A stretch of DNA of 64,000 bases from Clostridia bacterium (GTDB taxonomy: Bacteria; Bacillota; Clostridia; TANB77; UBA1234). Positions within the stretch are counted from its first letter, which is position 1, and every line of letters begins with the position of its first letter. This document shows, piece after piece, positions 8,354-17,120 of this stretch. The position numbers and the translations under genes are program-made. The notes beneath the pieces are model-generated. The model did not search any database. It saw nothing but the letters and a program-made list of their open reading frames with translations, and had not been told where the DNA came from. The stretch spans positions 19,614-83,613 of the forward strand of contig JAFWVJ010000022.1 of NCBI GenBank assembly GCA_017518295.1, in the 5' to 3' direction.

Positions 8354-9586
8354 GTGGTAAAGTCGTGCTCCATAGTTATTGGAGCTGGTCTCGGTGATGA
8401 AGGAAAAGGCCATTATACAGATATTTTGTGTAACAAACCGAACACACTTAATATTCGTTTTAATGGTGGACCGCAAGCAGCACACACTGTGGTGACTCCT
8501 GATGGAATGAAACATGTATTTCGGCATTTAGGAGCAGGGACCTTCACTGGTGCAACCACATATTTGAGTGCAGACTTTTTGATTAATCCTATCGAGTTTG
8601 TGATGGAGAAAACAAAGTTCATTAGAAAGTTTAAATATAATCCTACAGTAATTGTGAATTTGAATTCTCCAGTAACAACTCTTTACGATATGTATATCAA
8701 TCAAGCAGTGGAAGAGTATCGCGACAAATCCCGTCATGGAAGTTGTGGTATGGGCATTTGGGAAACTTGTGAGAGAAACAATAACCCAATGTTTAAAATC
8801 ACTGTAAGAGAGTTGTCTTTTAAAGAAATCTTGAGAGAAAAGCTTAAGAGGATAAGAGACATCTATGTGCCAAAGAGATTGAAAGAAGAGTATGGAATAG
8901 AAATTACCGATTTGGTAAATCTTTCTAAAGATTATCCATCTTTACTTGTAAGCGATGAGACAATCGATATGTTTTTATTCTATGCTGAAGAATTTTTGTC
9001 GATGGTAATAGTAAGAGATGACTCTATCATCAATAGTTTTGAAAACTTGGTATTTGAAGGTGCTCAAGGATTGGGACTTGATGAAAACAATCCTGATTGC
9101 AGTGTGGATTTTCTCACTCCATCAACTACAGGTGTTACAAATGCAATGAGAATTCTTAAGACTGCAAAGTATAAAGGAGAACCGGATATTTATTATATTA
9201 GTCGACCTTATGCCACAAGACATGGTATGGGACCTCTGGAACATGAAGTAGGGAAAACTCCTTACAAGAAGGTTTTAGATGAGACTAATGTAAAAAATGA
9301 ATATCAAGGAGAATTAAGATTTGCTTACATAGATTTTGATATACTTGCTAGAAGAATCAAAAGAGATATCCAAAAAATCAGTATTCCTTCCACTATAAAC
9401 ATTGGATTCACGTGTTTGGATCAGCTAGATGAACCTGTCGGAATTAGCGAAGGTGGAATTCTTATTAATAATCGCTCTGCAGATTTTATTAATAAGGCAA
9501 CTAACTATTTTAGAAAAGCTATTCCGAGTATAAATGGTTTTTCTGGAACGTATGGACTGACACGAGATGAATTTGAAGAATTTTAA
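8354..9586 (+). CDS. Divergent adenylosuccinate-synthetase (PurA)-like ligase
   Basis: GTG start with AAGGAAAGGAG RBS; PurA-like motifs GDEGKGH and RFNGGPQAAHTV but diverged from canonical GDEGKGK/GGHNAGH. Confidence 0.7.
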   Translation: MVKSCSIVIGAGLGDEGKGHYTDILCNKPNTLNIRFNGGPQAAHTVVTPDGMKHVFRHLGAGTFTGATTYLSADFLINPIEFVMEKTKFIRKFKYNPTVIVNLNSPVTTLYDMYINQAVEEYRDKSRHGSCGMGIWETCERNNNPMFKITVRELSFKEILREKLKRIRDIYVPKRLKEEYGIEITDLVNLSKDYPSLLVSDETIDMFLFYAEEFLSMVIVRDDSIINSFENLVFEGAQGLGLDENNPDCSVDFLTPSTTGVTNAMRILKTAKYKGEPDIYYISRPYATRHGMGPLEHEVGKTPYKKVLDETNVKNEYQGELRFAYIDFDILARRIKRDIQKISIPSTINIGFTCLDQLDEPVGISEGGILINNRSADFINKATNYFRKAIPSINGFSGTYGLTRDEFEEF

Positions 9587-9596
9587 ATTCAAAAAT

Positions 9597-9640
9597 AAAT
9601 ACCGCTATGCAAAATTTGCATAGCGGTATTATTTTTATTT
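9597..9640. terminator. Bidirectional intrinsic terminator
   Basis: ataccgctatgcaaaatttgcatagcggtat plus T-run. Confidence 0.8.
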
Positions 9641-9901
9641 GGTTGTATAGGAAAGACCATTTCCCAAAGACATAGTCATGCCTCGATTGGTATTGAAGGT
9701 AGTTCCATTGGGGAGCACGTAGCTGATTGAAGTAAGTCCTTTTTTGCTGTAGTTTGCATAGATTTTGGTCTTTGCAGACTTAAGTTTTGCACCGCAATCG
9801 GGGCAATAACAGCAATCCTGAGAGAATACTTTTTTACAAGCATCACAACTCATAAGGACCGTTTCACTCAGAAGCTGGCGTGCCTTATAGTTGATTCCCA
9901 T
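9635..9901 (-). CDS. Small zinc-ribbon protein
   Basis: CDAC...CYCPDCG Cys pairs; shares a bidirectional terminator with the upstream gene. Confidence 0.5.
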   Translation of the reverse strand: MGINYKARQLLSETVLMSCDACKKVFSQDCCYCPDCGAKLKSAKTKIYANYSKKGLTSISYVLPNGTTFNTNRGMTMSLGNGLSYTTK

Positions 9902-9923
9902 TGTCTTACTCCTTCAAAAATAA

Positions 9924-11606
9924 TCAGCGGGGCATAACGGCCGTTGCCTTTTTCTTGGCAGGAGCCTTCTTGGCGGGCACGGCAGGAGCAGCGGGAGCAG
10001 GTTCAGCAGTGGGAGCAGCAGCCTTATTTACCAGGCCGTTTCCGCAGTAGGGACAGAACTTGGCTTCTTCAGGCACTTCTTTGCCACACGCTTTGCACAC
10101 ATTGGCGCCGATCTTGGCACCGCACTTGTGGCAGAACTTTGCGCCGTCCTTCAGAGGTTCCCCACACTTGGGACACACATTGCCGGCTGCTTTGACTTCG
10201 CCACCACATTCGGTGCAGAACTTGACTTCGGGATCATCGAACTTTTTGCCGCAAGAAGTGCAGACATACTGTCCAGGCACAGCGGCGGCCGCGGCTGCGG
10301 GAGCACCGATTCCGGGAATCACGGAAGTAATTCCGTTCATCATATCACCCAGCGGGTTGGCATTGTTGCCACCACCCAGCAGGTTGGAAAGCAGAGTGAT
10401 CTTCATGAAATCATTCATTCCGCCTTCACCGCCATCGCCCATCATCATCATCATCATCATGATGTTGGGGCTGCCATCGGGATTGGTGATACCCAGGCTG
10501 CCGTCTTTGGAAGCCATCAGCATAGGCAGGAACATACCCAGGCCGTTGAAGCTGTCATCGTTGATGTCATCCAGGCTGAACTCAGCCTTGTCATTGTCCA
10601 TCATCTTCATCATCAGCATAGCGCCCAGGACATTGCCGCCCATGTTCTGCTTGGAGTTCGGATCCAGCAGGGTCTTACCATCGAAGGCGATAACTTCAGT
10701 GTAGAAGTTGAAGTCAGGGATCAGGGAGTCGTTGTTCACGAACGTTTCGATAGCACCAGTCTGGGCATTCACGCCAGTGAAGGTGTTATCATTGTTGATG
10801 CTCTGCACCCAGTAGTACTTGCCATCACGCTTGGTCAGCTTGCCCACGGTCAGGTTCTTAACCGGAACCACGATAATGGGGAAGTTACCCAGCTTCAGAT
10901 TCAGCATATCCTTACGGGTGCGGGTCGCGGGGTCGAAAGCATACCATTTTCCGTTTTCGGGATTCTGAACGACGATGCCGGTCAGAGTGGACTTGATCCG
11001 AGGATCCTTGTTGATACCCATTTCCATACCAGAGAAGAGCTTACCGAAACCTTTCATACTAAATCCTCCTTTATTATCCTCAATGCCGTGATATACGGCA
11101 AGAGCTTCTTTGACTTCGTTCAGTTTAAACTGAACTACACAAGTGACGGAACCTTTGTTGAAGTACATGCTGCTGTTGGGAGTAAGTTTGTTAATACCAA
11201 TACATACTTCTTTTTGACTGCAGTAAGGAAACTGCTGACAATCACGTGCTGAGAGCCAATTGGTACTAACATTCACATCAAAGCTAATATAGTCCGACTT
11301 ACGAGCAAGAACTTTTTCGAGCTGTTCGATAAATTCATTGATAGTAAACTCAACAGTTTCAAAGTAAACATGCTGATGAGGACAAAAACTAGAAAAGTTA
11401 ATCAAAAGCTTGTTGGGTTCTCCTGTCGGAATAGTAGTACGAATATTACCAGACCAAAACCGAACAAGAGAATTATCAAAGAATGGAGTAGTGCACGGAC
11501 TTCTACTGTTTACCTCAACCTGATTTGATGGACCATGAGTATAAAGGTCGAACATCCATCTTGTGGGTACAAGTTTCCGGATCAGAGAAGTATCACCCTT
11601 GGACAT
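9924..11606 (-). CDS. Large protein: unknown N-terminal domain, poly-Met/Gly low-complexity linker, four C-terminal zinc-ribbon (CxxCG) repeats, Ala/Pro/Lys tail
   Basis: RBS AGGAGGG before ATG; CxxCG...CxxCG x4; (ATG)7 trinucleotide run encodes MMMMMMM; the C-terminal half is strikingly G+C-rich. Confidence 0.7.
   Translation of the reverse strand: MSKGDTSLIRKLVPTRWMFDLYTHGPSNQVEVNSRSPCTTPFFDNSLVRFWSGNIRTTIPTGEPNKLLINFSSFCPHQHVYFETVEFTINEFIEQLEKVLARKSDYISFDVNVSTNWLSARDCQQFPYCSQKEVCIGINKLTPNSSMYFNKGSVTCVVQFKLNEVKEALAVYHGIEDNKGGFSMKGFGKLFSGMEMGINKDPRIKSTLTGIVVQNPENGKWYAFDPATRTRKDMLNLKLGNFPIIVVPVKNLTVGKLTKRDGKYYWVQSINNDNTFTGVNAQTGAIETFVNNDSLIPDFNFYTEVIAFDGKTLLDPNSKQNMGGNVLGAMLMMKMMDNDKAEFSLDDINDDSFNGLGMFLPMLMASKDGSLGITNPDGSPNIMMMMMMMGDGGEGGMNDFMKITLLSNLLGGGNNANPLGDMMNGITSVIPGIGAPAAAAAAVPGQYVCTSCGKKFDDPEVKFCTECGGEVKAAGNVCPKCGEPLKDGAKFCHKCGAKIGANVCKACGKEVPEEAKFCPYCGNGLVNKAAAPTAEPAPAAPAVPAKKAPAKKKATAVMPR
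10440..10460 (-). repeat. (CAT)7 / (ATG)7 trinucleotide microsatellite inside a coding sequence (poly-Met)
   Basis: catcatcatcatcatcatcat on the top strand, encoding MMMMMMM in 9924..11606. Confidence 0.8.
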
Positions 11607-11779
11607 GTAATCCCTCCTAAAAAATATTTGTCTCTTAAAAGAGACACCGATTAAGTATCATTACGTGAATATTTATACCATGGATTTTACGTTATGTCAA
11701 TATGTTTTTATTAAATAAAAAATAAAAAATGCCGAAATTTCAATATTTTGAAACTTATTAACAAAATATTAAAAACAGC

Positions 11780-11809
11780 TTGACAAATATTATGTTGTTT
11801 TGATATTAT
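11780..11809 (+). promoter_or_regulatory. Sigma-A-type promoter for 11948..12685, preceded by the shared upstream sequence aaaatattaaaaaca
   Basis: TTGACA-17 bp-ATATTA (or 18 bp-TATTAT); 15-nt identity with 6073-6087. Confidence 0.55.
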
Positions 11810-11947
11810 AGAAATGTTATTAACATTTTGAGAATAACATAAGTGCTGATATATCTTGATAATTATGTTAACGCGTGATATAATCGCGTAGCAAAATATA
11901 GTTTTTTGGGTTACCCTTATCTATTTTGAAAGGAGACAAAAACTGGT

Positions 11948-12685
11948 ATGATGGATCCAACTTGGCAAGCAATAATTGGTGTAACAGCACCTATTGTTGT
12001 AATAACTATTCTTGTTTGTTTAACTTCTTACTTTGATAATGGTTGGGTTCTTGGAATTGGTTTTATTGTTTATTTTGTAGGAACATTTTTACTAGCCTGG
12101 CTAGTAGGTCAATCTAATATAGACTTCGTAAGAGAATATCCGTTTAAAAATATTTGTTTTGCATCTTTGATACAACTTGCAATTATGTTTGTCACACTTC
12201 ATGTCTCAGCTTTTATTGAGGAAATGTTTTGCTCTAGTGAGGGGACAGGTTTTGTTAGTTCTTTTATTGTGATTACTATTATAGTTGCAATAATATCTGC
12301 AGCACTTATTAGTAATCACATCAAGACTTTAGATAGAGAGTTTGTAGAAACAGATGAAGTGGTTGAAGTTAGATACGAACTTTCTAGTGATGAAGATGGT
12401 AAGTTTATTTATTATGCATCTAAAAGTGCAACAGAAGAAGGATACTACTTAGTTATCTATAAAGAAAATAATGAATTCAAAACTATGAAAATAAAAGAAT
12501 CTAAACTTTCTATTTTGGATTCTGTTGAATCAGATGAAAAGAATTTTCTTATAGAGAAAAAAGCAATTCATAAAAAGCAATGCACCAACGATGATTCATT
12601 TAAAACAGAAACAAAAGTTGATACTACATATATGATATATGTGCCAGGTGGTGCAGCTAATATAGGATTTGTTACTGCAAAATAA
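11948..12685 (+). CDS. Membrane protein (4 TM) with soluble C-terminal domain
   Basis: Promoter TTGACA-17-ATATTA upstream; RBS AAAGGAG; hydropathy. Confidence 0.6.
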   Translation: MMDPTWQAIIGVTAPIVVITILVCLTSYFDNGWVLGIGFIVYFVGTFLLAWLVGQSNIDFVREYPFKNICFASLIQLAIMFVTLHVSAFIEEMFCSSEGTGFVSSFIVITIIVAIISAALISNHIKTLDREFVETDEVVEVRYELSSDEDGKFIYYASKSATEEGYYLVIYKENNEFKTMKIKESKLSILDSVESDEKNFLIEKKAIHKKQCTNDDSFKTETKVDTTYMIYVPGGAANIGFVTAK

Positions 12686-12725
12686 AAAGAAAATATATTT
12701 TTGAATTATAATCTAATTTAAGCTT

Positions 12726-12756
12726 AAAAGCAGGGAAGTATTCCCTGCTTTTTTCG
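12726..12756 (+). terminator. Intrinsic terminator
   Basis: gcagggaagtattccctgc plus TTTTTT. Confidence 0.8.
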
Positions 12757-12817
12757 TTGAAAAAAATATATGCTTTATATATAATAAAATCGCAGATTAA
12801 AGTGTGGAGGAGTGCTA

Positions 12818-13117
12818 ATGAATCAGATTAAAAGAATTGAAATCATGGAAGAAAAATATATTAAATCTCAAAAAGCTATTAAAGAATTAAATAAAGCTTT
12901 GAAAGAATATAGCAAAGCTCAAGATAGTATTCGAGAATTGGCATCATATTATTCTAGCCCAGAATGGAAAAAAGATTTTTTAGATGATGAAAAAGGAAGG
13001 CTTCCAAAAGAATTAAAAAGGGGAGTGCTTTCAGAAGATGGAGTATATAATTTATTAGATGATAATATAGAAATGCAAAAGAAGTTGTGTAGAACGGTAG
13101 AAAAAAGCATATCATAA
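12818..13117 (+). CDS. Small coiled-coil protein (DUF4298-like)
   Basis: ATG 12818 with GGAGG RBS at spacing 7 is preferred over the GTG 12812 used by the ORF track. Confidence 0.5.
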   Translation: MNQIKRIEIMEEKYIKSQKAIKELNKALKEYSKAQDSIRELASYYSSPEWKKDFLDDEKGRLPKELKRGVLSEDGVYNLLDDNIEMQKKLCRTVEKSIS

Positions 13118-13140
13118 AAATAAATATTAGGAGTAATAAT

Positions 13141-14502
13141 ATGACAAAGAAATGTGTGATTATTTTATTTGTGTTTATTATGATACTGTCTAATTACGCT
13201 TTTGCAGATGAAATTCCTTCGTTAGGAAGTAAAGCTATATATTTAGTAGAGCCAACAACTGGTAAAGTAATATATGAAAAAAATGCACATGAAAAAATGT
13301 ATCCAGCAAGCACTACTAAAATACTAACAGCATTAGTTGTAATAGAAAATTGCAAATTAGATGAAAAAGCTATAGTTTCTGAGAAAGCAATTAGTATGGT
13401 TCCAGAAGGATATTCAAACGCAGGACTAAAAGTAGGTGAAGAATTAGATATAAAAACTTTGCTATATGCTTTATTAGTTCCTAGTGCAAACGAAGCGGCA
13501 AATGTACTTGCTGAACACGTAAGTGGTAGCATAGAAGAATTTGCTGAGCTTTGTAATAAAAGGGCAAAAGAACTAGGCTGCGAGAATCTTAATTTTGTGA
13601 ATGCAAATGGAATTCATGATGAGAATCATTATTGTTCAGCATATGATTTATATTTAATTGCTAAAGAATGCCAAAAATATGACATATTTAATGAGATAGT
13701 AAAAACAAAAAGTTTTACACTACCTGCAACAAATATATATATAAAAGAAGATAGAACTTATAAAAATACAAATGAATTGTTACTATCTGGAAAATATTTT
13801 TATGATTACTGTACTGGTATAAAAACAGGATTTACAACACCGGCAGGTGAGTGTTTGGTAGGAAGCGCATTTAATAACGATATAGAATTAATATCGGTAG
13901 TGTTAGGTGGGAAAGCAAGAAATAGTAAAGGCTTAAATGAAAGATTTGCAGATACAAAAGAATTATATGAATATACTTATAGCAATTATTCAATAAAAGA
14001 AATTGCAAATTCTGGAGATATAATAGCAACTTTAAAAGTTGGAAAAGGAACAAAAGAAACAGCACAGCTAGATGCAATTGTAGATGACACTATAAAAACT
14101 ATTGTTCCAAATGAGTTAGATAAAGATAATGTTTTAAAAACAGTAATAATAAATAAAGAAATAGTTGCTCCTGTTACACGAGGACAAATTCTAGGAACGA
14201 TAACATATGATGCCGATGGATTAGTTTATACTGCTAATTTAGTGGCAAGTCACGATGTAGAGAAGAAACCATATGCATTATATAATATAATTGTCGTTTT
14301 AATATATGTTTTAACAATTGTACTATTTCTAAAAATGATTAAAAAAAGCAAAAAGAAAAATAGAGTAAGATTGTTAATGGTTGCAATCTTGATTGCTGAA
14401 ACTGCATGTGGAATTTTTATCTGTAAAGCAGAAGAAAAAAATCATATAACTACTACGAATATATTAGTTGATCATCAAATTAGTGAAGACTTAAATGTGT
14501 AG
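13141..14502 (+). CDS. D-alanyl-D-alanine carboxypeptidase (low-MW PBP) with C-terminal membrane anchor
   Basis: SxxK (ASTTK), SxN (PSANE) and KTG (KTGFT) motifs; signal peptide. Confidence 0.9.
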   Translation: MTKKCVIILFVFIMILSNYAFADEIPSLGSKAIYLVEPTTGKVIYEKNAHEKMYPASTTKILTALVVIENCKLDEKAIVSEKAISMVPEGYSNAGLKVGEELDIKTLLYALLVPSANEAANVLAEHVSGSIEEFAELCNKRAKELGCENLNFVNANGIHDENHYCSAYDLYLIAKECQKYDIFNEIVKTKSFTLPATNIYIKEDRTYKNTNELLLSGKYFYDYCTGIKTGFTTPAGECLVGSAFNNDIELISVVLGGKARNSKGLNERFADTKELYEYTYSNYSIKEIANSGDIIATLKVGKGTKETAQLDAIVDDTIKTIVPNELDKDNVLKTVIINKEIVAPVTRGQILGTITYDADGLVYTANLVASHDVEKKPYALYNIIVVLIYVLTIVLFLKMIKKSKKKNRVRLLMVAILIAETACGIFICKAEEKNHITTTNILVDHQISEDLNV

Positions 14503-14517
14503 GAAAGAGAGGAAAAG

Positions 14518-15294
14518 ATGGAACTTTTATATGGGCTTGGAATTCCGTTTTTAGGAACTGCATTAGGTGCAGCAATGGTCTTTTTTATGAAAGACAAAAT
14601 TAATAAAAAGTTAGAGAAACTTCTTTTGGGTTTTGCATCTGGAGTGATGATAGCTGCATCAGTTTGGTCACTTTTAATGCCATCGATGGAAATGGCCAAA
14701 GAACAAAATATGATAGAATGGCTTCCGGCAACGGTAGGATTTTTACTTGGAATTGCATTTTTATTATTGCTAGATAGTATAATTCCGCACTTGCATTTAA
14801 ATAGTGATAAACCAGAAGGATTGAAATCAAAACTAGAAAAAACTACAATGATGGTTTTAGCAGTAACTCTTCATAATATTCCGGAAGGAATGGCGGTTGG
14901 TGTTGTTTTTGCAGGAGCTATGGCACAAAATGCAGGGATAACAATGGCTGGTGCAATAGCTTTAGCTATAGGTATTGCTATTCAAAATTTTCCAGAAGGT
15001 GCAATTATATCAATGCCTTTAAAAAGTGAAGGTATGTCAAAACCAAAAGCATTTTTACTTGGAACATTATCTGGAATTGTTGAACCAATCGGAGCTGCGG
15101 TTACAATTGCATTAACTAGTTTAGTAGTACCTGTATTGCCATATTTTTTGTCATTTGCAGCAGGTGCAATGATTTATGTAGTAGTTGAAGAATTAATACC
15201 AGAAGCGCATTCTGGAGAACATTCAAATATTAGCACAATTGGTCTTGCAATAGGATTTGCAATTATGATGATTTTAGATGTTGCATTAGGCTAA
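14518..15294 (+). CDS. zupT: ZIP-family metal transporter ZupT
   Basis: HNIPEGMAVG and QNFPEGAIIS ZIP signature motifs; 8 TM. Confidence 0.85.
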   Translation: MELLYGLGIPFLGTALGAAMVFFMKDKINKKLEKLLLGFASGVMIAASVWSLLMPSMEMAKEQNMIEWLPATVGFLLGIAFLLLLDSIIPHLHLNSDKPEGLKSKLEKTTMMVLAVTLHNIPEGMAVGVVFAGAMAQNAGITMAGAIALAIGIAIQNFPEGAIISMPLKSEGMSKPKAFLLGTLSGIVEPIGAAVTIALTSLVVPVLPYFLSFAAGAMIYVVVEELIPEAHSGEHSNISTIGLAIGFAIMMILDVALG

Positions 15295-15359
15295 ACAAGC
15301 TTGTATTTTCAAAAAAATGTAGTAGAATTTGCTTACAATATATATTGTGAGGTGAGGAT

Positions 15360-15902
15360 ATGTTAATTGACAAATCTCAACTAATTGTACGAGAACTTGC
15401 TATGGAAGAACTTGATCCTTACTTGGAGTTTATTAAATATGTTAAAGCACATATGGAACATCCTGAATGGCTTGGTGAATTTACAAGAGAAGATTATGTT
15501 TGGATGTTAAATAATGGTTCGCATATTTATATATGGACTTTATTTGAAAATATTAATCGAGTTTTTACTGATATTAATCAATTTGTTGCTTGTGGGATGA
15601 TTATTCCAGCAAGGCAAAAAGATTTAGAAAAGTTTTTGCAGACTGATTTAAAATTTGAAGAAGTTGCAGATTTTGGGCCAGAAGCAGTTCATCCTAATTA
15701 TATTGGAAATGGACTTCAATCTGATGTAATTCAATTTCTTGAAAAAGAAGCAGTTAAAAAAGGCTTTATGCATGGCTTAGGTACTGTAGATCCGGATAAT
15801 ATTTATTCTATTAGGAATCTTATTCAAAATGGATTTAAAGTAGTTACTAGAGTTGAGCTTAAAAGAGGCACAAGAGACGTGCTTAGAAAAGACAATATGT
15901 AA
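15360..15902 (+). CDS. GNAT-family acetyltransferase-like protein
   Basis: Size and motif-A-like region (IGNGLQSDVIQFLEKEAVKKGF). Confidence 0.45.
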   Translation: MLIDKSQLIVRELAMEELDPYLEFIKYVKAHMEHPEWLGEFTREDYVWMLNNGSHIYIWTLFENINRVFTDINQFVACGMIIPARQKDLEKFLQTDLKFEEVADFGPEAVHPNYIGNGLQSDVIQFLEKEAVKKGFMHGLGTVDPDNIYSIRNLIQNGFKVVTRVELKRGTRDVLRKDNM

Positions 15903-15921
15903 TAGCATAATGCTTTTTAAT

Positions 15922-15952
15922 AAAAAGACAGGTATTATACCTGTCTTTTTTA
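15922..15952 (+). terminator. Intrinsic terminator
   Basis: agacaggtattatacctgtct plus TTTTTT. Confidence 0.8.
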
Positions 15953-16030
15953 ATATGACAAAAACAATTAAAAAACATATATATAATTGTATAAGAAGCA
16001 GTAGATTGGTATAATTATTTGGAGTAGGAG

Positions 16031-17107
16031 ATGCGTATGAGAGACTTATATAAAGTGTATCTAAAAAGCCGTTCAATTGATGAAGAAAAACTTACAAAAT
16101 TTGGGTTTAAAAAAGATAAAGAAAAATATATTTATAAAAAAGAGATTAAAGATGGTGAATTTGTAGTTATCATCGAAGTAGATAAGAAAAAGGCAATATC
16201 AAAAGTAATAGATAATTTTGATGAAAGTGAATATGCTCTAGTAGATGTAGAAGAATCTAGTGGACAATTTGTTGGTAGTATAAAAGAAAAATATGAAGAA
16301 GTGTTAGAAAAATTTGTAGAAAAATGCACTTATTTAGATAACTTTAAGTCTCAATCGGCTAAAAAGATTATTTCGTATGTTAAAGAAAAATATAAAGATG
16401 AATTAGAATTTTTGTGGGATGATTATGATGGAGCGGTATTTAGAAATAAAGATAATAAAAAGTGGTATGGCGTTATTATGAAAGTGCGTGAAAAAAGCTT
16501 TGTGACTTCTACACTTAAAAGAATGAAAACAGATGGAGTAATATCCAATCATCCTATATTAAATAAAAAAGAATACTCAGATGATGACTATATGGAAGTA
16601 TTAGATTTGCATATAGATAAAGAAAAATCTAAAAAACTAATAGATTACGAAACAATCTTTCCAGGATATCACATGAATAAAGATAGTTGGATAACTATTA
16701 TTTTAGATAAAAATACAAAGTTAAAAGAAACATATAAACTCTTAGATGATAGCTATCTAATGACTGTAAAATCTGGAGCATATATTGTGCCTTCAAATAT
16801 AAATATGTTTGATGTAATTAGCTATGTAGAAAGCAATAAAAGATTTGTATGGTATAAGCAACCAAAAGAGATGAAAGTAGGAGATTTGGTGTTCATTTAT
16901 GTTGGAGCACCATATTCGCAAATACTATATAAATGTGTAGTTACCAAAGTTAACATGCAAGTATATTCAAATAGAGATATGGAACTAGAATTAATTAAGA
17001 AGTATAAAAATAATGAGTATACTTATAACTTCTTAAAAGAACATGGATGTAGTTTTATACGCACACCAAGGAGCATTCCAGAAAGTGTTGCAAAATTACT
17101 TAAATAA
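16031..17107 (+). CDS. MmcQ/YjbR-family domain protein with C-terminal PUA/EVE-like domain
   Basis: FPGYHMNKDSWITIILD is the YjbR family signature; C-terminus resembles an EVE/PUA beta-barrel. Confidence 0.55.
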   Translation: MRMRDLYKVYLKSRSIDEEKLTKFGFKKDKEKYIYKKEIKDGEFVVIIEVDKKKAISKVIDNFDESEYALVDVEESSGQFVGSIKEKYEEVLEKFVEKCTYLDNFKSQSAKKIISYVKEKYKDELEFLWDDYDGAVFRNKDNKKWYGVIMKVREKSFVTSTLKRMKTDGVISNHPILNKKEYSDDDYMEVLDLHIDKEKSKKLIDYETIFPGYHMNKDSWITIILDKNTKLKETYKLLDDSYLMTVKSGAYIVPSNINMFDVISYVESNKRFVWYKQPKEMKVGDLVFIYVGAPYSQILYKCVVTKVNMQVYSNRDMELELIKKYKNNEYTYNFLKEHGCSFIRTPRSIPESVAKLLK

Positions 17108-17120
17108 TTAGGAGAAGTAA

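Noticed and set aside
10060-11252. Forward-strand ORFs 10060..10704 and 10128..11252, plus 9944..10195
   Set aside because: Antisense to the zinc-ribbon protein gene in a high-G+C region. The products are low-complexity His/Ala/Gly-rich strings and there is no RBS
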